64,000 nt of DNA, from NCBI GenBank assembly GCA_038496445.1, contig JALMLS010000228.1, forward strand, positions 543,117 through 607,116. Direction: 5' to 3'. The first letter of the stretch is position 1, and every line of letters starts with the position of its first letter. Shown piece after piece: positions 13,554 to 27,290 of this stretch. The position numbers and the translations under genes are program-made. The notes below the pieces were generated by a model, which saw only the letters and a program-made list of their open reading frames with translations, was not told where the DNA came from and made no database searches. The DNA comes from Trichosphaerium sp. ATCC 40318. Its lineage: Eukaryota > Protista > Tubulinea.

Positions 13554-15383
13554 ATGTCCTCGTTTGTTGTTAGTACAATTGAGGCCATCAGAAAGATGGT
13601 AAGTGCCGCTAGAATATCAGGTTGTAACAAAATCTAGGTTTCAGAGGCTGAAAATAACATCGTAGAAGATTTAACCGCTACGGAGTACCATGTTGAGGAA
13701 AATGATACAGTTGATACAACAAAGTGCGATTATTAGTTTACATACTTGTGCTAAGCGATAATAGTAGCGGTAAGGTTGCATACAAGGACTATGCGCCTCA
13801 AGTATTTCGTCATCTACGAATGTTAAACGGTATTGACCATGAAAGCTTTCTCGTACGTCGTTTGGTAGCTTTCGTGACTTCGCTAACGCGTCCTCAACAG
13901 AAATCGTGGGAAGTTCCAAAAGAGGCCGCATTGGAAGGTGACAATGTCGCTAGTCGCTCTGGTTCACGCTTCTTCTTGACAACAGACACAAGGTTCTTTT
14001 TTAAAACTCTCATTCATGACGAAGTTGGTACTTTACTTCATATGCTACCTCAATATGTGCAAGTGCGTCAAGGAGCTCTTTTATAATGTTTTGTTCGCAA
14101 AAAAAATAACTTTTGTCAGCACCTCGAAAAGTACAAAAAATCGTTTATGATGCGCATATACGCATTAAACCGCATTGAGATTGAAGGAGAAAAGGTCTGG
14201 GTTATTGTGATGGGCAACTTACTTCCTAAAGTCAAGGTACTACATACATCTGCTACACGTAGCGCTGACACTATGCCAGACAAAAGAGAAATACGACTTA
14301 AAAGTAAGAGCTCCTTCTTTTCACTTTAATTTCAACAAGCTCCTAGGGTCGTAAGCCAAAGCCAGCCAAAGGTCCTTATGATCGCGCACCTGTTGCCGAC
14401 AATATTCGTAAAGACAACGAAATTACTCGTCAGTTTACTTTCAAACGCTGGCAGGATCACAAGCATTACCTGGCACAAATCTATGCAGATGTTCAGGCGA
14501 GTAACACTATCTTATTTTTGTAAACGAGGAAAACCGCGCTAACTCGATCACTATAGCTATTACAAGGTTGTAATGTGATGGATTATAGTTTACTCGCTGG
14601 CGTTTACACCGAGGAACAGTACAACAAGAATAAGAGAAAGTATGCTTGGAAAAATACTTATTTATTGTTTTAACATCACTGCAAGGTTCCGAGGCTTTAA
14701 GATTTACAGAGGGTTCAATTTGGAAGGCGAATACAACGAAGTCTACGTAATGGGTATTATTGATTGCCTCACAAATTTCTCCGCGAAAAAAAAACTGGCC
14801 AACATGTTCAAACGTACCTTGTGGAAAGAGAGTGCGCGAAATATACTTTATTTGCATGTTACACTAAAATACAATCCATAGATACTCTATCCACTGTACC
14901 TGCTTCCGATTACGCGAAACGCTACCTTGAATTCATGCTTAAAGATGGTACGTACAGTATTTTTCTGTTCAAAATTGGTTTGTTACTGATCTTTTATCTA
15001 GTCATCTCTGCACCATGCACCAAACCGCCACCAGATAAGCGTCTCATTATTCCAGACATTAAAGCTATTAAAAAGAAGCGACGGAATACAATGGCGACTG
15101 GTGCAAAGCAAGAGAGGTCTCATAGGCGTACTAAGAGGTGAGTGAATCTAAAATATACAATCTGTTGTTTACAGTTACATGTTGTAGCGCACGTGGTAAT
15201 AGCAAAGATGAGGTATCCTCTAATGGGAAACCTGTAACTGCTCGTGCATCAAGAAGCAGTCGTAAGAAGAGCTCTCGTAGAGCGAAATCAGAAGCTGGAG
15301 ACGATAAATCTTCCAAAAAGGAAGAGAAGTCTTCTAAATCTAACAAATCTATCAAGTCCTCTAAAGAGGAAAGTGAAGAGTAA
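13554..15383 (+). CDS. Phosphatidylinositol phosphate kinase (PIP5K/PIP4K family) with basic Ser/Lys tail
   Basis: KDYAPQVFRHLR, SRSGSRFFLTTDTRFFFKT, IVMGNL, YDLKG, VMDYSLLAG, VYVMGIIDCL, STVPASDYAKRYLEF. Confidence 0.92.
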
Positions 15384-16479
15384 GGCGATGGCAAGAAATG
15401 GAGTTGGAGTTCCATAGGTTCAATAGCCAATAAATGACTTTCACGGACGACGTTTGTTGTGATTTCACTTAGTATGCACATAAAGTAACACAAAATGCTA
15501 CAAGGACTCGTGTTAACAAAATGTACCCTGTATTTTCTCCTGCTCATACTGTATCTGGTGGGTTAACATGAGCGTTAAAACTGAAGCTGCGTAACTATTA
15601 GCAAACGTGTGCACCATGCGCGGACATAGGCAGGATGTACTGTTGTAAATCAGTTTAAACAGAAAAGCAGCTGCTTTTTGAAATGTAGAAGCAATGTCCA
15701 GTGATTGTGCAGTCGTTTTCGCACCTGTTCTCGTTTGTGCTCATGGTATGTATTGTAGAGTGGTAGATGTTGTGTAGGAGCAAGAAAGTTTACAAGGTTA
15801 TGAACTCACCGAAGAAGAGGTGGAGTAGTGTTAGACGAATGCTAATTTCTTTGTTCTCTGGTGATGTTAACCTGACCCATAGGATGCAAGGGCTAAACTT
15901 GTTGTTGCTTACAACAATGAGTTGTGAAATAAACGTATTATTTTCTCGGCTTTATTATTTCTTACGTATTTACTACTTTGAGTGTTTACTTGCTGTTCAA
16001 TTAGCCTGACTATTCGATGACACGTTGTGTTGTTACTATTTTTACAATATTGACATATTGACATTTCCGCCTCTTTATGTTTTTTACGTAGTATAGCTGT
16101 TTAGACATTCAGAGGCGTTTACGTGATTGTTTGGGCGAGGCGGGTTACGAAAAAAGTATGAGTTTTAGAAGCTTTGCGTGGTACGACCTTTTTTTTTTTG
16201 CATTTTCAACAATTATATCGCTTAAACGCCCTCAAAGGCACGATTTGGGCCATAAGTCGATACAAAATTGTATTTTAAACAGGTAAAGTATTTAAAATAG
16301 GATAAAAGCACTTGGTGGCTAGTAAAGATCAAAGAGATTCAAAATTTTCGTAGCGCGCCGTTTTTTCTCATGAAAATCGTCATTCTAAAACAATCATTCC
16401 AATCACAGCTGTTTTCTATGCTGTGCTTATGCCTCAGGTACACGCTGTGCCATTCTGTAACTACGTGCATTTGTAGCCA

Positions 16480-18105
16480 TTTTATCACAAAATTCACATA
16501 CATGCTTCACGTGCTATTTAGTGCTCAAATACCACATGAAGCAAGATTCAAAACAGCTAGCAACTCCGCACCAAGGCTCGTTTATACTATATTTAACTAA
16601 CCTGTTCGTATTAGTATATAATAAGGTACAATCGATAGCTACGTAAAGAACAAGTCATTATTACAAGTTTTTGGAATTCTACTTTTCTCATATCTGCCTT
16701 CTAGGTTTGAGGTTTCCACGTGGGCTTCACACGTTACAAATCAAGGTAAAGAGACTGAAAGTGAAATCGTAGAGTGGTTTGTTTAAATTTCGCATAGGCT
16801 TACTTTTTTTTTCAGATAGTTTTGGTACAACCACGCTTTACCTTGATTCTAGGCATGTGCTATGACCTTGGCCACGTACGTTAAACATAAATTATCAAAC
16901 TAGGTTAATGATAATCTGTAGGAACCAAGCGATCCTAGGATGATACAAGGGCTAAGGCCCACGCCTGAGTTCAAAGTTTGGTACGAAGAACAAGTTTATT
17001 GGTTTTCTTAGTCTTTATTTTTGTAGAGTCCACCCTTCAAGATGTTATGGATGGTCAGAGGCTAGTTAGTGGCGCTCTAGCTGAGCTAAACAAAAAGGCG
17101 GGGAAGTTCTTAAAAAACCAAAGCAACATCAGCTTTGTTTGCCTACAAGAGTGGTTGTTGTTTATGCAAACCGACTCTGGTGCTGCGCAACTTACAAAGG
17201 CAGTTACTAGGGAGGTTGTCGATGAGCTGGCAGTCCAATGGGACCTCTTGACTCGCGATAATTTTAAATTTAGTCTGAACGCTTCAGAGTGTTGGTAAAC
17301 TTGTTAACTTATGTTGCACATTGGGACCCTTGATTAGCAGCAACTTTAACTTATGTTGAACTATTTTGGATTGCGCTTTAGCAGCGCAGCATGGAATTGC
17401 TAGTTATTCGTAACTTTTTTTTTTTAGGTTCATACAAGCAAAATCAGAGGAAGACTTTAGTAGCACTATAGTGCCGCCTTCGTTGCTAACTCCTTTTGTC
17501 ATAGGATCTTATAGCACTTCTTAAATTAGCACTTCTTATAAATAGCACTTCTTTGAAATAGCTCTTCTTCAATAACCTGAAATAGCTTCCAAAAAATAAA
17601 ATACATTATACAATTTGCTTACGTTCTAGGTACTTGGTCTTGGTATTCACTCTTGGCGCTCACTTTTGGCATGATCTTTCGATTGCTTTGCAATCGGTAC
17701 GTATTACCTTTCTTTGTTTTTTATCTATCAAGTGCTAACTTTATTTTTATGTTCTCACTCTTGGCGTTCCCTCTTGGCGCTCACTCTCGGCATTCACTAT
17801 TGATATTACCCTCTTGGGAATCGCTGTTGACATTCACTCTTGGCACTGCTTTTACGATTGCTTTGCAATCGGTATGGTCTACCTTATTTTTTTTCTACGA
17901 AGACTTACTGTATTTTTATGTACTTTTTACAAAATGCTCAACATGATCTAGTGTACCATAATAAATTGTTTTTCGTCCAATAACATTGCCTTTATTATAT
18001 GTGCTCCAAACTTTCTTCATGCTTGACATAGTCAAAGGAAGTGACGTGACTGAAAACCGTTTATCCCACATTGAGAAACTATGAAGACAAGTCAGGTTTC
18101 GTTTA
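16480..18105 (+). repeat. Dispersed modular repeat family, copy B, containing a small ORF (16940-17298)
   Basis: Inverted relative to copy A. ORF ...WLLFMQTDSGAAQLTKAVTREVVDELAVQ is homologous to 30812-31087. Confidence 0.85.
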
Positions 18106-18189
18106 CATTAACGTTCTCCATACGCAAAAAAAAACAAAAGTCGTATTTGTAGAACAACAAAGTATTCATTCGAATTAGTATTGAATAGC

Positions 18190-19462
18190 AAATACGTGCC
18201 AAAGTCTTCGTGAACTTGTTTCTTATTTGATTTGTTCTTCATGTAACGTACACCGACAGCACTTCTGATATCTTCGTTAGAGAAGTTAAGTAATCCTCCT
18301 GAGTTGAATAGCAAATCTTCAACTACAGAATAAAGCGAAGACCACTCAGATATATCAATGCCTGTCAAACATGTTAACATCTAGTAAACGTTTCCTTTGT
18401 TACCTTTAGCAGTTAAGAGTGGACCAAGTTCATTTTCCAAGTGCAGACCCCGTCTAGAACCCATATATATGACTGAAACAATGAGGATTAGATCTTTCGG
18501 AGGACTATTACTTACCATAAAGTATTGTACGATTCCCTTTCTCTTTGAGTCATAATCATGTTCTAAGCGCTAGAGTACAATCTCGTATAGCTCACTTGCA
18601 GATGCAGCAGGAAGATTTCGACTATAAACGATAAAAGGTGATAATTCAAAAATGAAAATCATACGTTCGTCTAGCTTTTCAAAGTGATCCCACACAGATA
18701 TATCTTCAAGTAGAGTCTAGCAAGTCATTAACCAAACTAAAGTATTAAAAGGTTGATTAACTTATGTGTAGATTACCTGTAGGTATCGGGGAATACCAGT
18801 CTGTTTGACTTTTGGAATTTTAAATTCTTGCTCTTCTGGCTTCTTGCTGTTCAAATCCAAACACTTTCTAATGTACTTCTAGCTGATATAATGTTCAAGT
18901 ACAATCTCTTCCTGTAGGTGGGCTACAAAGGGAATAACTGTTAGTATCGTTTTTTAACATGTGTATCACCTCAAGGATTAGAAGTATTACTTGATGTATA
19001 CTTATCTAATAATAAAAAGTATTTTTCTTGAGGTAAATAAACACGTGTCAAACGTCTGCTGTAAGAACGATGTGAGTTTTTCCTTCTTCAAATGATCTAT
19101 TTTCATACCTAAAAGGACCTAGGCGTGAACAGCTTAAAAGCTGTCAACGTACCCTCAGGGTAGTGACAGTTGACATAAGTTGTCAAACGGTCTTCAAGCA
19201 ACTCCGATAAATGGCTTGTTTACAGCAACGTTAGCAACTTTAGCAAATATAGATAGCCGAAAACGCACATGTGGTACTCGCAACACGCTGTAAGCCCATC
19301 TGATACATCTTTTTTGGGACTGTTGAAGCTGCTCTTCAGAAACGAACAAAGCTCCATCCTTCTCAGGTTACTAAAGAATACAGAGTTAAGTACTTTAAAA
19401 TACTTGCTTTGCTACGTACGCTTCAACATAATATTCATCTCGTAGATAGAACATACTAGATT
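18190..19462 (-). pseudogene. Intron-retaining, internally deleted copy of the NACHT region of the 1504-7505 gene (matches ~3830-5678)
   Basis: Near-identical peptide LTCLTGIDISEWSSLYSVVEDLLFNSGG. DNA is collinear, with jumps near 18875 (4508 to 4960) and 18975 (5050 to 5185). Confidence 0.92.
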
Positions 19463-19959
19463 GCATTCCTCTTGCGCCTAAACCTTAATTTCAATTACGT
19501 ATTTCTACGCGTATAAATACGATCAATAGTGTATAGAAGATCTGTGGTAAATGGTGGATCCTTGGTGGTGCATTGGTTGCTGGTGGGTGAGTATTTGGTA
19601 TTATTTTGGATTGTCTGTGGTTGAGCGATGTGTAGAACAGTGCGAAAACAGAAAAATAAAACAAATGTCTTGTACTCTTTTTTTTTTTTTTGACACATTG
19701 TTTTAAGAATAAAATGAGAATGGTTTATTCGCTTTCAGTTTTGTTTTTTTGTAAACTAAAGTAATAGAGCGTTGGTAATACCCTCAACCACATATTTCTA
19801 GCAGCATGAAGAAGTCCAAGCTTATGTCGAAGCTCATGGGAGATAACACTATTCTTTTCTGCTTCTATGATTGCCAGTGTAGACATGAAAAAAATGCCAA
19901 GTTAACCCAACAATGGTTTGTGGAGCATACCACAAAGCCGTTCTTTATAGTTTCTCTTT

Positions 19960-20760
19960 TTGCCCTTGGTGTATCGAAACAAAGGTTACTTCACCAAACG
20001 AATTTATATAGAAAACGTGTGTGTACAGATTCTATACCACCCCAATGGACTTTTTGATATCTCCATTAGAGCACCAGGGATAGTATATAATCAAAATGGT
20101 TTTTTTTTCTCACACAAAATTAGGTTACCTCCACATTCGTATCTTCAAAATCGACAACTTATCGCGGCGACAATGAAACCAATCGCACACGCGCTGGTTA
20201 CGTAAACGCTGTCGCGGAAGCACCAATATTAGGGAGTGCGATGGAAGTGGAGTGATGTTTGTACCTTTGAAAACGTCAACTGATGCGTATTCTGGGTGTT
20301 TTGAGAGTGGATTGATGGTTGAATACGTTGCTGTAAGATTGTACGTACTCGTAAATGTATTTCCAAGGCGATATCGCAAGTATTTTTACATTAAAGCTCA
20401 ACGTGTCTAGCGATGTGTTGATGCGAATGTGATCTCGATATAAATTGCCAATGGTTAAATAAGCGAAAAAAAACCTCCCCGCATTCTCGACGCGAAGCAA
20501 ATGGTACAGTTGATGTGTGTAAAGTAATTCAGACTGTAAAACTTCAAATGCTCCATTTCAGTAGCTCCCTTGGTGTGCTTCTGTTATAGCAAGCGTATTT
20601 GATGAATTAATAATGTTGTTGGTGACTACAGCAAAGGCTACGACAAATGCAACGCAAACGGCAGTACGTTTTGGGCGTGATATGCCATCAAGGCATGGTT
20701 GAAACGTTGTTAAACTGAAGCAAGTTTTCAAATTGGTCAAATTATGTCGAGAGGCCAACA
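19960..20760 (-). pseudogene. Decayed gene of unknown family with an N-terminal membrane anchor
   Basis: Overlapping frameshifted ORFs with hydrophobic VCVAFVVAFAVV followed by globular sequence. Confidence 0.3.
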
Positions 20761-22071
20761 GTCGTAGTTGGTTATGGTAGTCGTTGCGATTTTTCTATTA
20801 TGTGTACTTGTAGAGCAAAAAATAAAATAAAGGCACACAATTTTATTTTTCACAAATGTATGTACGTGCCCACTGTACATTTTAAATTAAATGTTGGCGT
20901 AAATAACTTAACAAGGAGACGTTCATAGCTTCTATTTTGGACCTTTTGGAGCTTGTACAATATTTTTGTCACCTCAAAAGCGCTGCTCAGCTCTATTCTC
21001 GATGTTTTGTCAAGTATTCTTAAACGAGGAGAAGGCAAATGGATCGGACCGTTTAAAACCCAATGTACTGTTGTGGACAGCGATTTCCCAATTACAGCAA
21101 AGAACTCATGCTCTTCCTAACAGTAGACAAACCCCGTTTATGAAAGTTTGGCAAAAAAAAAAAACTGAGAAAAAGTATGACTTGTGCATCTTTATTTAAC
21201 CGAGAAAAGACTGCAGCAACAACATAGGAGTATTAGCGAAACTCTGAGTTCAGCTTTTATTGCAAAGGTATCCCATTCTACGTGATAAGGGTTTACTGTA
21301 CCTTGGGCAGCTCCTGTTGCAGTTTTTCGTCTTTTCTCGTCCACCTGCTAGCCCTAAAGATTGGTCTGTAGCATCACGCATACAAGGTAAGGCGTTCTTA
21401 TTTACCAAGCACAGTTTTCTGACTGTTTTTGCAACGCAGTTGCACCAAGCAATTTTTGGGGATAGGGATCACTACGGACGCGCGTGTGGAGGGTAGTAAC
21501 GCTTATTCATCTATATTGTTTTTGTTTACCTTTGTGTGCTCTTGGTTTACGCAAAGCGACTGTGAGGCTTCTAACGTCTGTTGTGGGTTTAGTAAGACGT
21601 AGATGAAATGCAAAATTGCGTCATTTTTACTCTCTCAATTTGAGTTCACCCAGGTAGTGCCGTTAGCCTCCGGAGGGGTTTTTTTTGTTTGTTGAAATGT
21701 TAGCCCGCTTTAAAGTCGCAAACAAAGCGGTTGAATCTTTGATTATGTCCATAGTGTGTATGTGCGCTTCCACATTAAGTTTGTTGAAGTACGTACGAAA
21801 AGCGTCAGCTTGGGCAAAAACAATACTAACTCGCCTTATAAACACAAAAGTACACTATGTAACGCTGCTAATACGTGCTAATACGTGCACAACAGGAATC
21901 ATGGAGGCAGAGCCTTAAATGTCGACTTCCACTTGAACGTTTCTGCCTCTGTATGGGCTTTACATGCGTAGAAAAGCAAAGTTCGACTATTTGTATGCGT
22001 TTCAGGAGCGTTGTGAGCGAGAGGCAAAAAAAGCTGAAAAACAATGAATGGGAGTTTTCTTTGTAAACACA

Positions 22072-22566
22072 ACAACTAAATCCACGTCTACAATGCACAC
22101 ATACATATTATTGCAACACCACGTGTTTTTTAACCATTATTTTTTTTTTTATTATTTGGTATTACATTGCTTAGCAGTTCTGTTGACAGACATCCTCTAA
22201 GGTCCAGCAGTTGTCTCCTATACTCTAAAAAACCGCACTATTACACTAATGTTAATATCGTACACTCAGCAGCGCAAGAATACTTTGTAAGCGCTTGTAA
22301 TTTTCTCTTTGAGGTTGTTAAACGTTTTTTTACTCCTCTTTACGCGCCTGAACATGTGCCAGCATTTGCTCCTGGTGCTAGTAAGTTAACATGTAAATCA
22401 TCATTAATTCGTAGCCGTTTTTATGGTTCCTTTTTTGGGGTGAGCAATAATGAGAGCGCACCTAAGTAAAATGCTGCGATCGTCTTGTTAGATGCTATGA
22501 CTTTGAACCAGTGCTTTTTTTTCATCTTGCCTTAATGTACATAAGGACAGCAAGCACGGTACGTTG
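22072..22566 (+). repeat. Diverged copy of the internal segment of the TIR element (50750-51197), without TIRs
   Basis: Shared cctctaaggtcca..ttgtctcctatactctaaaa, gatcgtcttgttagatg and gtacataaggac.gcaagca.ggtac. Confidence 0.88.
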
Positions 22567-22799
22567 TTAGGAAGACAAAGTGTCTTGTGCCTCTAGCACA
22601 GCCACGACAATGAGGCTTGATACAAACTGAAAGTACTTTTAACGTAGCATATAGATACACGTTATTATAAATAATAAGGTTGTAAAATCGAACACATTAT
22701 CGATAGAACGCAGCAAATTCAGAAGAGAAAATGAGAAAGTGTAGAAAAAAAAAAAAAAGGGTTTGTATGTATGTACGTTGCAAGTTTAGTGTTCCGATA

Positions 22800-24900
22800 A
22801 CCTGAGAAACTAAATTCATCACCAACGAGTGCACAGCGTAACTTTGTTGGTTAACTCGAAACGAAGGATACCACCTAATACAATAAGATAATAAGAAAAA
22901 AAAAAAAAAAAAGAAGCTTGCTTAAATCATACTGATATTGCCGCAATGCTACATACATTGTTGTCCTACGCCTGCGCTATCTTATACTTCTTTAATCCTC
23001 CTTGCCATTTGACGATACCTTCGTGTAGCTCCATGAGTCTGCAAGCAGGTTTACCAAACTTGCCTCCTACTATGATGTAATGCAATTGATCTCCAGTGTC
23101 TCTTGGATCAATCTTTGGTGTGTGTCCCAATATGGTCGCCTTTTGAGGAGGCACTACACTTAGCCTCACCCAATTATTCCTAATTGGCAAGATTTGAACA
23201 CAATGAACTAATTAAAAAAAAAAAAGGCTGCGTCTTTAGCAAGCACCTCCGTTAGATGGCTGAAGAAGCGTTGTTTGGAGAAACAACGCTTACAGTAATA
23301 ATACCGTGGCAAAGTCTAATACATAGTATAGATGGTCTTGCACATCAGGAACATGAATAATCGTTCTTATACCTTTTTTATGTTTACAAACACGCCTAAA
23401 GGAAAAAAGATTAAAAAATCTGAGATAACAAAAAAAAAAAAAAAAGAAAAGGTTCCAACCTGAGCAGAGTAGCAGCACCCTTGTGTTTGCGCTTCTGTTA
23501 CTTCCCAACGTGAATCAACACAACTGAGTGAATACATATATCTCTCTGAGCATAGTTTACAAAGTCGTGGTATGGTAGTCTTTACAAGGTTATCACGTTC
23601 ACCGTGCATATCATCGATAAATGGAGAAGAAAAAGGAAAATAAAATCCTAACCTACAAATATGTGTAAACAACAAAGAAAACATGGTTTCTTTACCTCTC
23701 TCTGTCAATGGTATCAGAAACAATTTTTTGCTACTTGTTGTATCTTAATTAATTACCTGAGGCGCTGTATCTATAGCTGTAGGCCCAGATGAATGTCCTA
23801 AAACGATTTTGAGAAGAGAAACATTCAATGGCTTCAGAAAAGTTTTTCTAAAACTCACCGTTCGTTATGAGTGGTCTTGGTAAAGTTGGAAGGTAAAGCG
23901 GATGGTTCTCTTGATGTTGTTGGTGCCATAGAAGCAGGTAGATTACCAAGTAATGCGGCTTGAAGGGTGAAAATGAGATTATGTTTGAGCTCTTTTTTTT
24001 TTTTTTTTGTTTTTGGCAACGTAACAGTACCAACACCTATTGTTGAGCTTGTTGCTGAGAGACCTTGTTCTACACGCTGAACGAGTGTTCAATTCTGATG
24101 CTGCCAGGTGTACAATCTTATTGTGAAGCGCTTGTAATTGACTATGTAAATCCTGTAAAGCGACATAAGCATGCTTTTGCGAAAAAACGGTGGCAACTTT
24201 TTTTAAACGGAAAAAAAAAACGCACAAGAATGTTTTCTTACGATACCACTAGGTGAGCAGCAGTCACCTCAATAGCACTGACTTTCGCGCTACCAGATTT
24301 TAATGGTCCAAGAGAGTTTAGAGCTACGCATTCGCCGAAATCCTTGTCTATAAACGTCCAACTGGATTGTTGTGTTTATGCCTAATTTTGGAGCCACCCC
24401 TTTTTTTTTTTTTTGAAATTTTAACGTTACTACACCACTAACAGCCAATCCCATACAGTGCTTTCTAAAAAACAATTCAACGGGTTGTAGTATAAAAAAT
24501 TGGCAAAAATAACACGTGTGTTGTTGTGACTAACCTGAATGCCCATTTTACTACTAACAAGTGTGACCCTTTCAATTTTCGCTTTTTTTCTTCGTTTGGA
24601 GCTACAGAAGAAGAAAATGAGTTGGTTTAGACGTTTAACGGACTTAAAGTTAATATCATTCTCTTGAAGCGTAGCAATATATGTAAGGTACTAGTTCCCA
24701 ATGTCTGTGTTAATAACATTAGTTTGATAAACCACATAAATCAAATAACGACTTACGAAAAGAACAGTGGATCTCAAGAGTTATAAACGTTTCTTCCTCC
24801 ACCCTAACCTACTTGCCAGTGACAGTATGCTGCGATAGCATCGTTCTGCTCAGCAAAAAGCTGCTTTGAGATAAAGAACAAAAAAAAAAAAAAAAGAAAA
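22800..24900 (-). pseudogene. Decayed paralog of the DUF4062-NACHT family, possibly with an N-terminal SAM domain
   Basis: FSSPFIDDMHGERDNLVKTTIPRLCKLCSER..VDSRW (DUF4062); WVRLSVVPP (NACHT-like); YIATLQENDINFKSVKRL (SAM-like, ~24620-24700). Stops and frameshifts present. Confidence 0.6.
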
Positions 24901-26036
24901 AAAAAAAAAGAGGGTTATTTTTGATGGTTGGACAAGCTGAAATGCTTACCACATATATAAGAGTGCTCATATGTTTATCGGCAATAAAGCAACTACAGAT
25001 AGCATGTCAGAATGAGTCATTTAGACGTGTTTGATAGTACCAAGGCTATTAATCTGAATACACACTATAATCTATTAAGGAAAATAAAAAAGGCAAGGGT
25101 GTTCGTTTCAAAATTAGATAGAATTTTTCAATGGTAAAAAAAAAAAAGAAACTCATAACAGCTTTCTACAAACGTGTTTCGAGTCCTTTAAACCTACAAA
25201 GGTTGCGTACAAGCATTGGCGCCTTGTCTTGGTCTATATTTCAAAAGGGTTCTTGCAAAATGGTGATAAGGAACTACGCGTGCGAGGAACCAATCATTGA
25301 AATTGAAAATAACGGCGCTGTATTTTACTTTGATAATACAAGCTTCTAGGTTTTTGTTAGGTTCTATTACGTGCGTTTTACGCTTCATATCTCGTACCAT
25401 GTCAGCTACGATAATCTATTGCTAACAACAAGCAATGTTTTAAGTTTTTTCAAAGCGATTTTTCAAAACTCTAAGAGTCAGACATTTCCAAAAAAAAAAA
25501 AAAGACGTGCTTTTTTTTGTTTTTTTGTTTTGCGACCATAAATAAATCTTTGGTACCCGAAAAGCTACTTCATGCGCCACAGGCATTTAGTCACACCAAC
25601 AAACAATTGTACAACAAGAAAAATGGTGCAGGTATTTTTAGACGTGTCAAAATCAAAAAAACAAGTAAATTTCTTAATTTTTCAAAACACAAGCTAAGAT
25701 GACCACTCGTGATACTTTTCACGCTCAACGTTCACTTCAACAAGTACGTAGTAGTAGTAGTAGTAGTATAGTAATGTTTAGACATTGACACAGGCTATTT
25801 TAGAGTAAGAAGAAAAGGAAACGTAACCGCAGCAGTACCGAAAGCTGCAGGACGCCAAAGCGTCAACGGCCCACTGCAATGTACGACCCCTTTTAATTAA
25901 TTTTTTTTTTCAATTATTATTATTTTGCAAAAAAACACTAAATTTTGCGCCTAGATTTTGTATCTCTGACTTTTCAGAGATAGCGTTCTATCTCGCCGTT
26001 ATAGTTGACGTAACGCTGGGAACTCCTTTTCCTTAC

Positions 26037-26930
26037 TTGGTCCGTGTTGTTATGCTGATGAAGTTGAAAGAGTGGTTGGACACTGGCGCCTGGAAGTTGT
26101 GCATCAAATTTGTAAACAGACCAGCATTTATTCAAGCTCAGTTTGAAATGCTGGAAGACTTCTTTGGCGCCAAATGCTCACATAGTGAGGCGCTCCAAGC
26201 TGTTAAAAGATTATCTTTTTCCCTTGGTGCAGTAGTGTCACAGCACAGATACAGGACCTTAGAGTGTACGTTTACTTTTTGTTTTTTTTTTTTTTTTTTT
26301 TTTTCCAGTCTTTCCTCAAACTAATTATTTGTTAGGTCACAAAATTAACTATATTTACCGTGATGAACAGCTGTACGTACCTTTTTTACTCTTTTAAAAC
26401 GACAGTATTTTTTTTTTTTTTTGTATTTCATTTCCAAAACATCTCCTGTTGTTGCTTGTTTTCTTTTTACCTCTTACTTTGTACGCGCACGCAACGCACT
26501 CACAGCCATTAGGTTTAACCTCAAGAATGCACAATTCCTGACCAGGGAGTTTTGTAGGTCAATTAATTTTGACATTGAGTTTTCGTATAGGTACTTCCTC
26601 TTGATGAGAGAGGTGTGCCAATCGTTTCTGAAGGCTATTATGTGCTTTCAAAAGCACTTGCCAGATGACTTACCATTGCTTTGTGGCTTAGACATTTGCG
26701 GGTGGTATAGACTATTTATTCACGACTCAAAAATGTGGCATCTGCTGGTCGTTCATATGCTCAACAATCGCAAGCAGCCTACTAAGGTATACTCGCTTTT
26801 GCGCCAAATATCAAACAAACGAGGCGATATGGTTCACGGCCGACGTGAAAATAAACAGGGCCTGCTTAACGATTGTGCTGCGCTGGCATCAATAATGACG
26901 TCAAATCCTACTGAAGACGTGCAATCCTTA
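26037..26930 (+). pseudogene. Decayed helical (ARM-like?) protein gene fragment
   Basis: 95-aa and 185-aa ORF pieces with splice-like boundaries; no family recognised. Confidence 0.3.
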
Positions 26931-27204
26931 GGTAAGTCTGTTGCTTATTTTACAATCTTTACTTATACACTTGTGTAGCAATTATGGGATGTTTCAATGA
27001 TAATTGAGAGTGTTTTTCAACACACGCATTCTTGTACCCCCCCCCTTTGTATAATTCTATCTTTTTTTTCAAAAAATGTAAACGTTGACACTGAAGGAAA
27101 ACTAATAAATAACAAGTGAAGGCGTATAATTTTTGTAAAGTTTTATTTTTCACAGTGCGCGTGGCTTGTGTAGCGTACCGATAGTTCTTCAAGGTTTAAT
27201 TAAA

Positions 27205-27290
27205 AATAGAAACAACCAAGCTCATAAACAATGTCACTTGTACGAGAATGGTTAAGGACCCCCCTTAGCTAAAACAAAACAAGGTGATTT
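27205..27290 (-). pseudogene. Isolated ~85-bp fragment of a TPR exon of the NACHT gene (matches ~2482-2560)
   Basis: tagaaacaaccaagctcataaacaa.gtcacttgtacgag.atggtta matches 2482 onward. Confidence 0.85.

Noticed and set aside
15590-15900. RhoGAP-like scrap (SSDCAVVFAPVL)
   Set aside because: Too short and broken to support.
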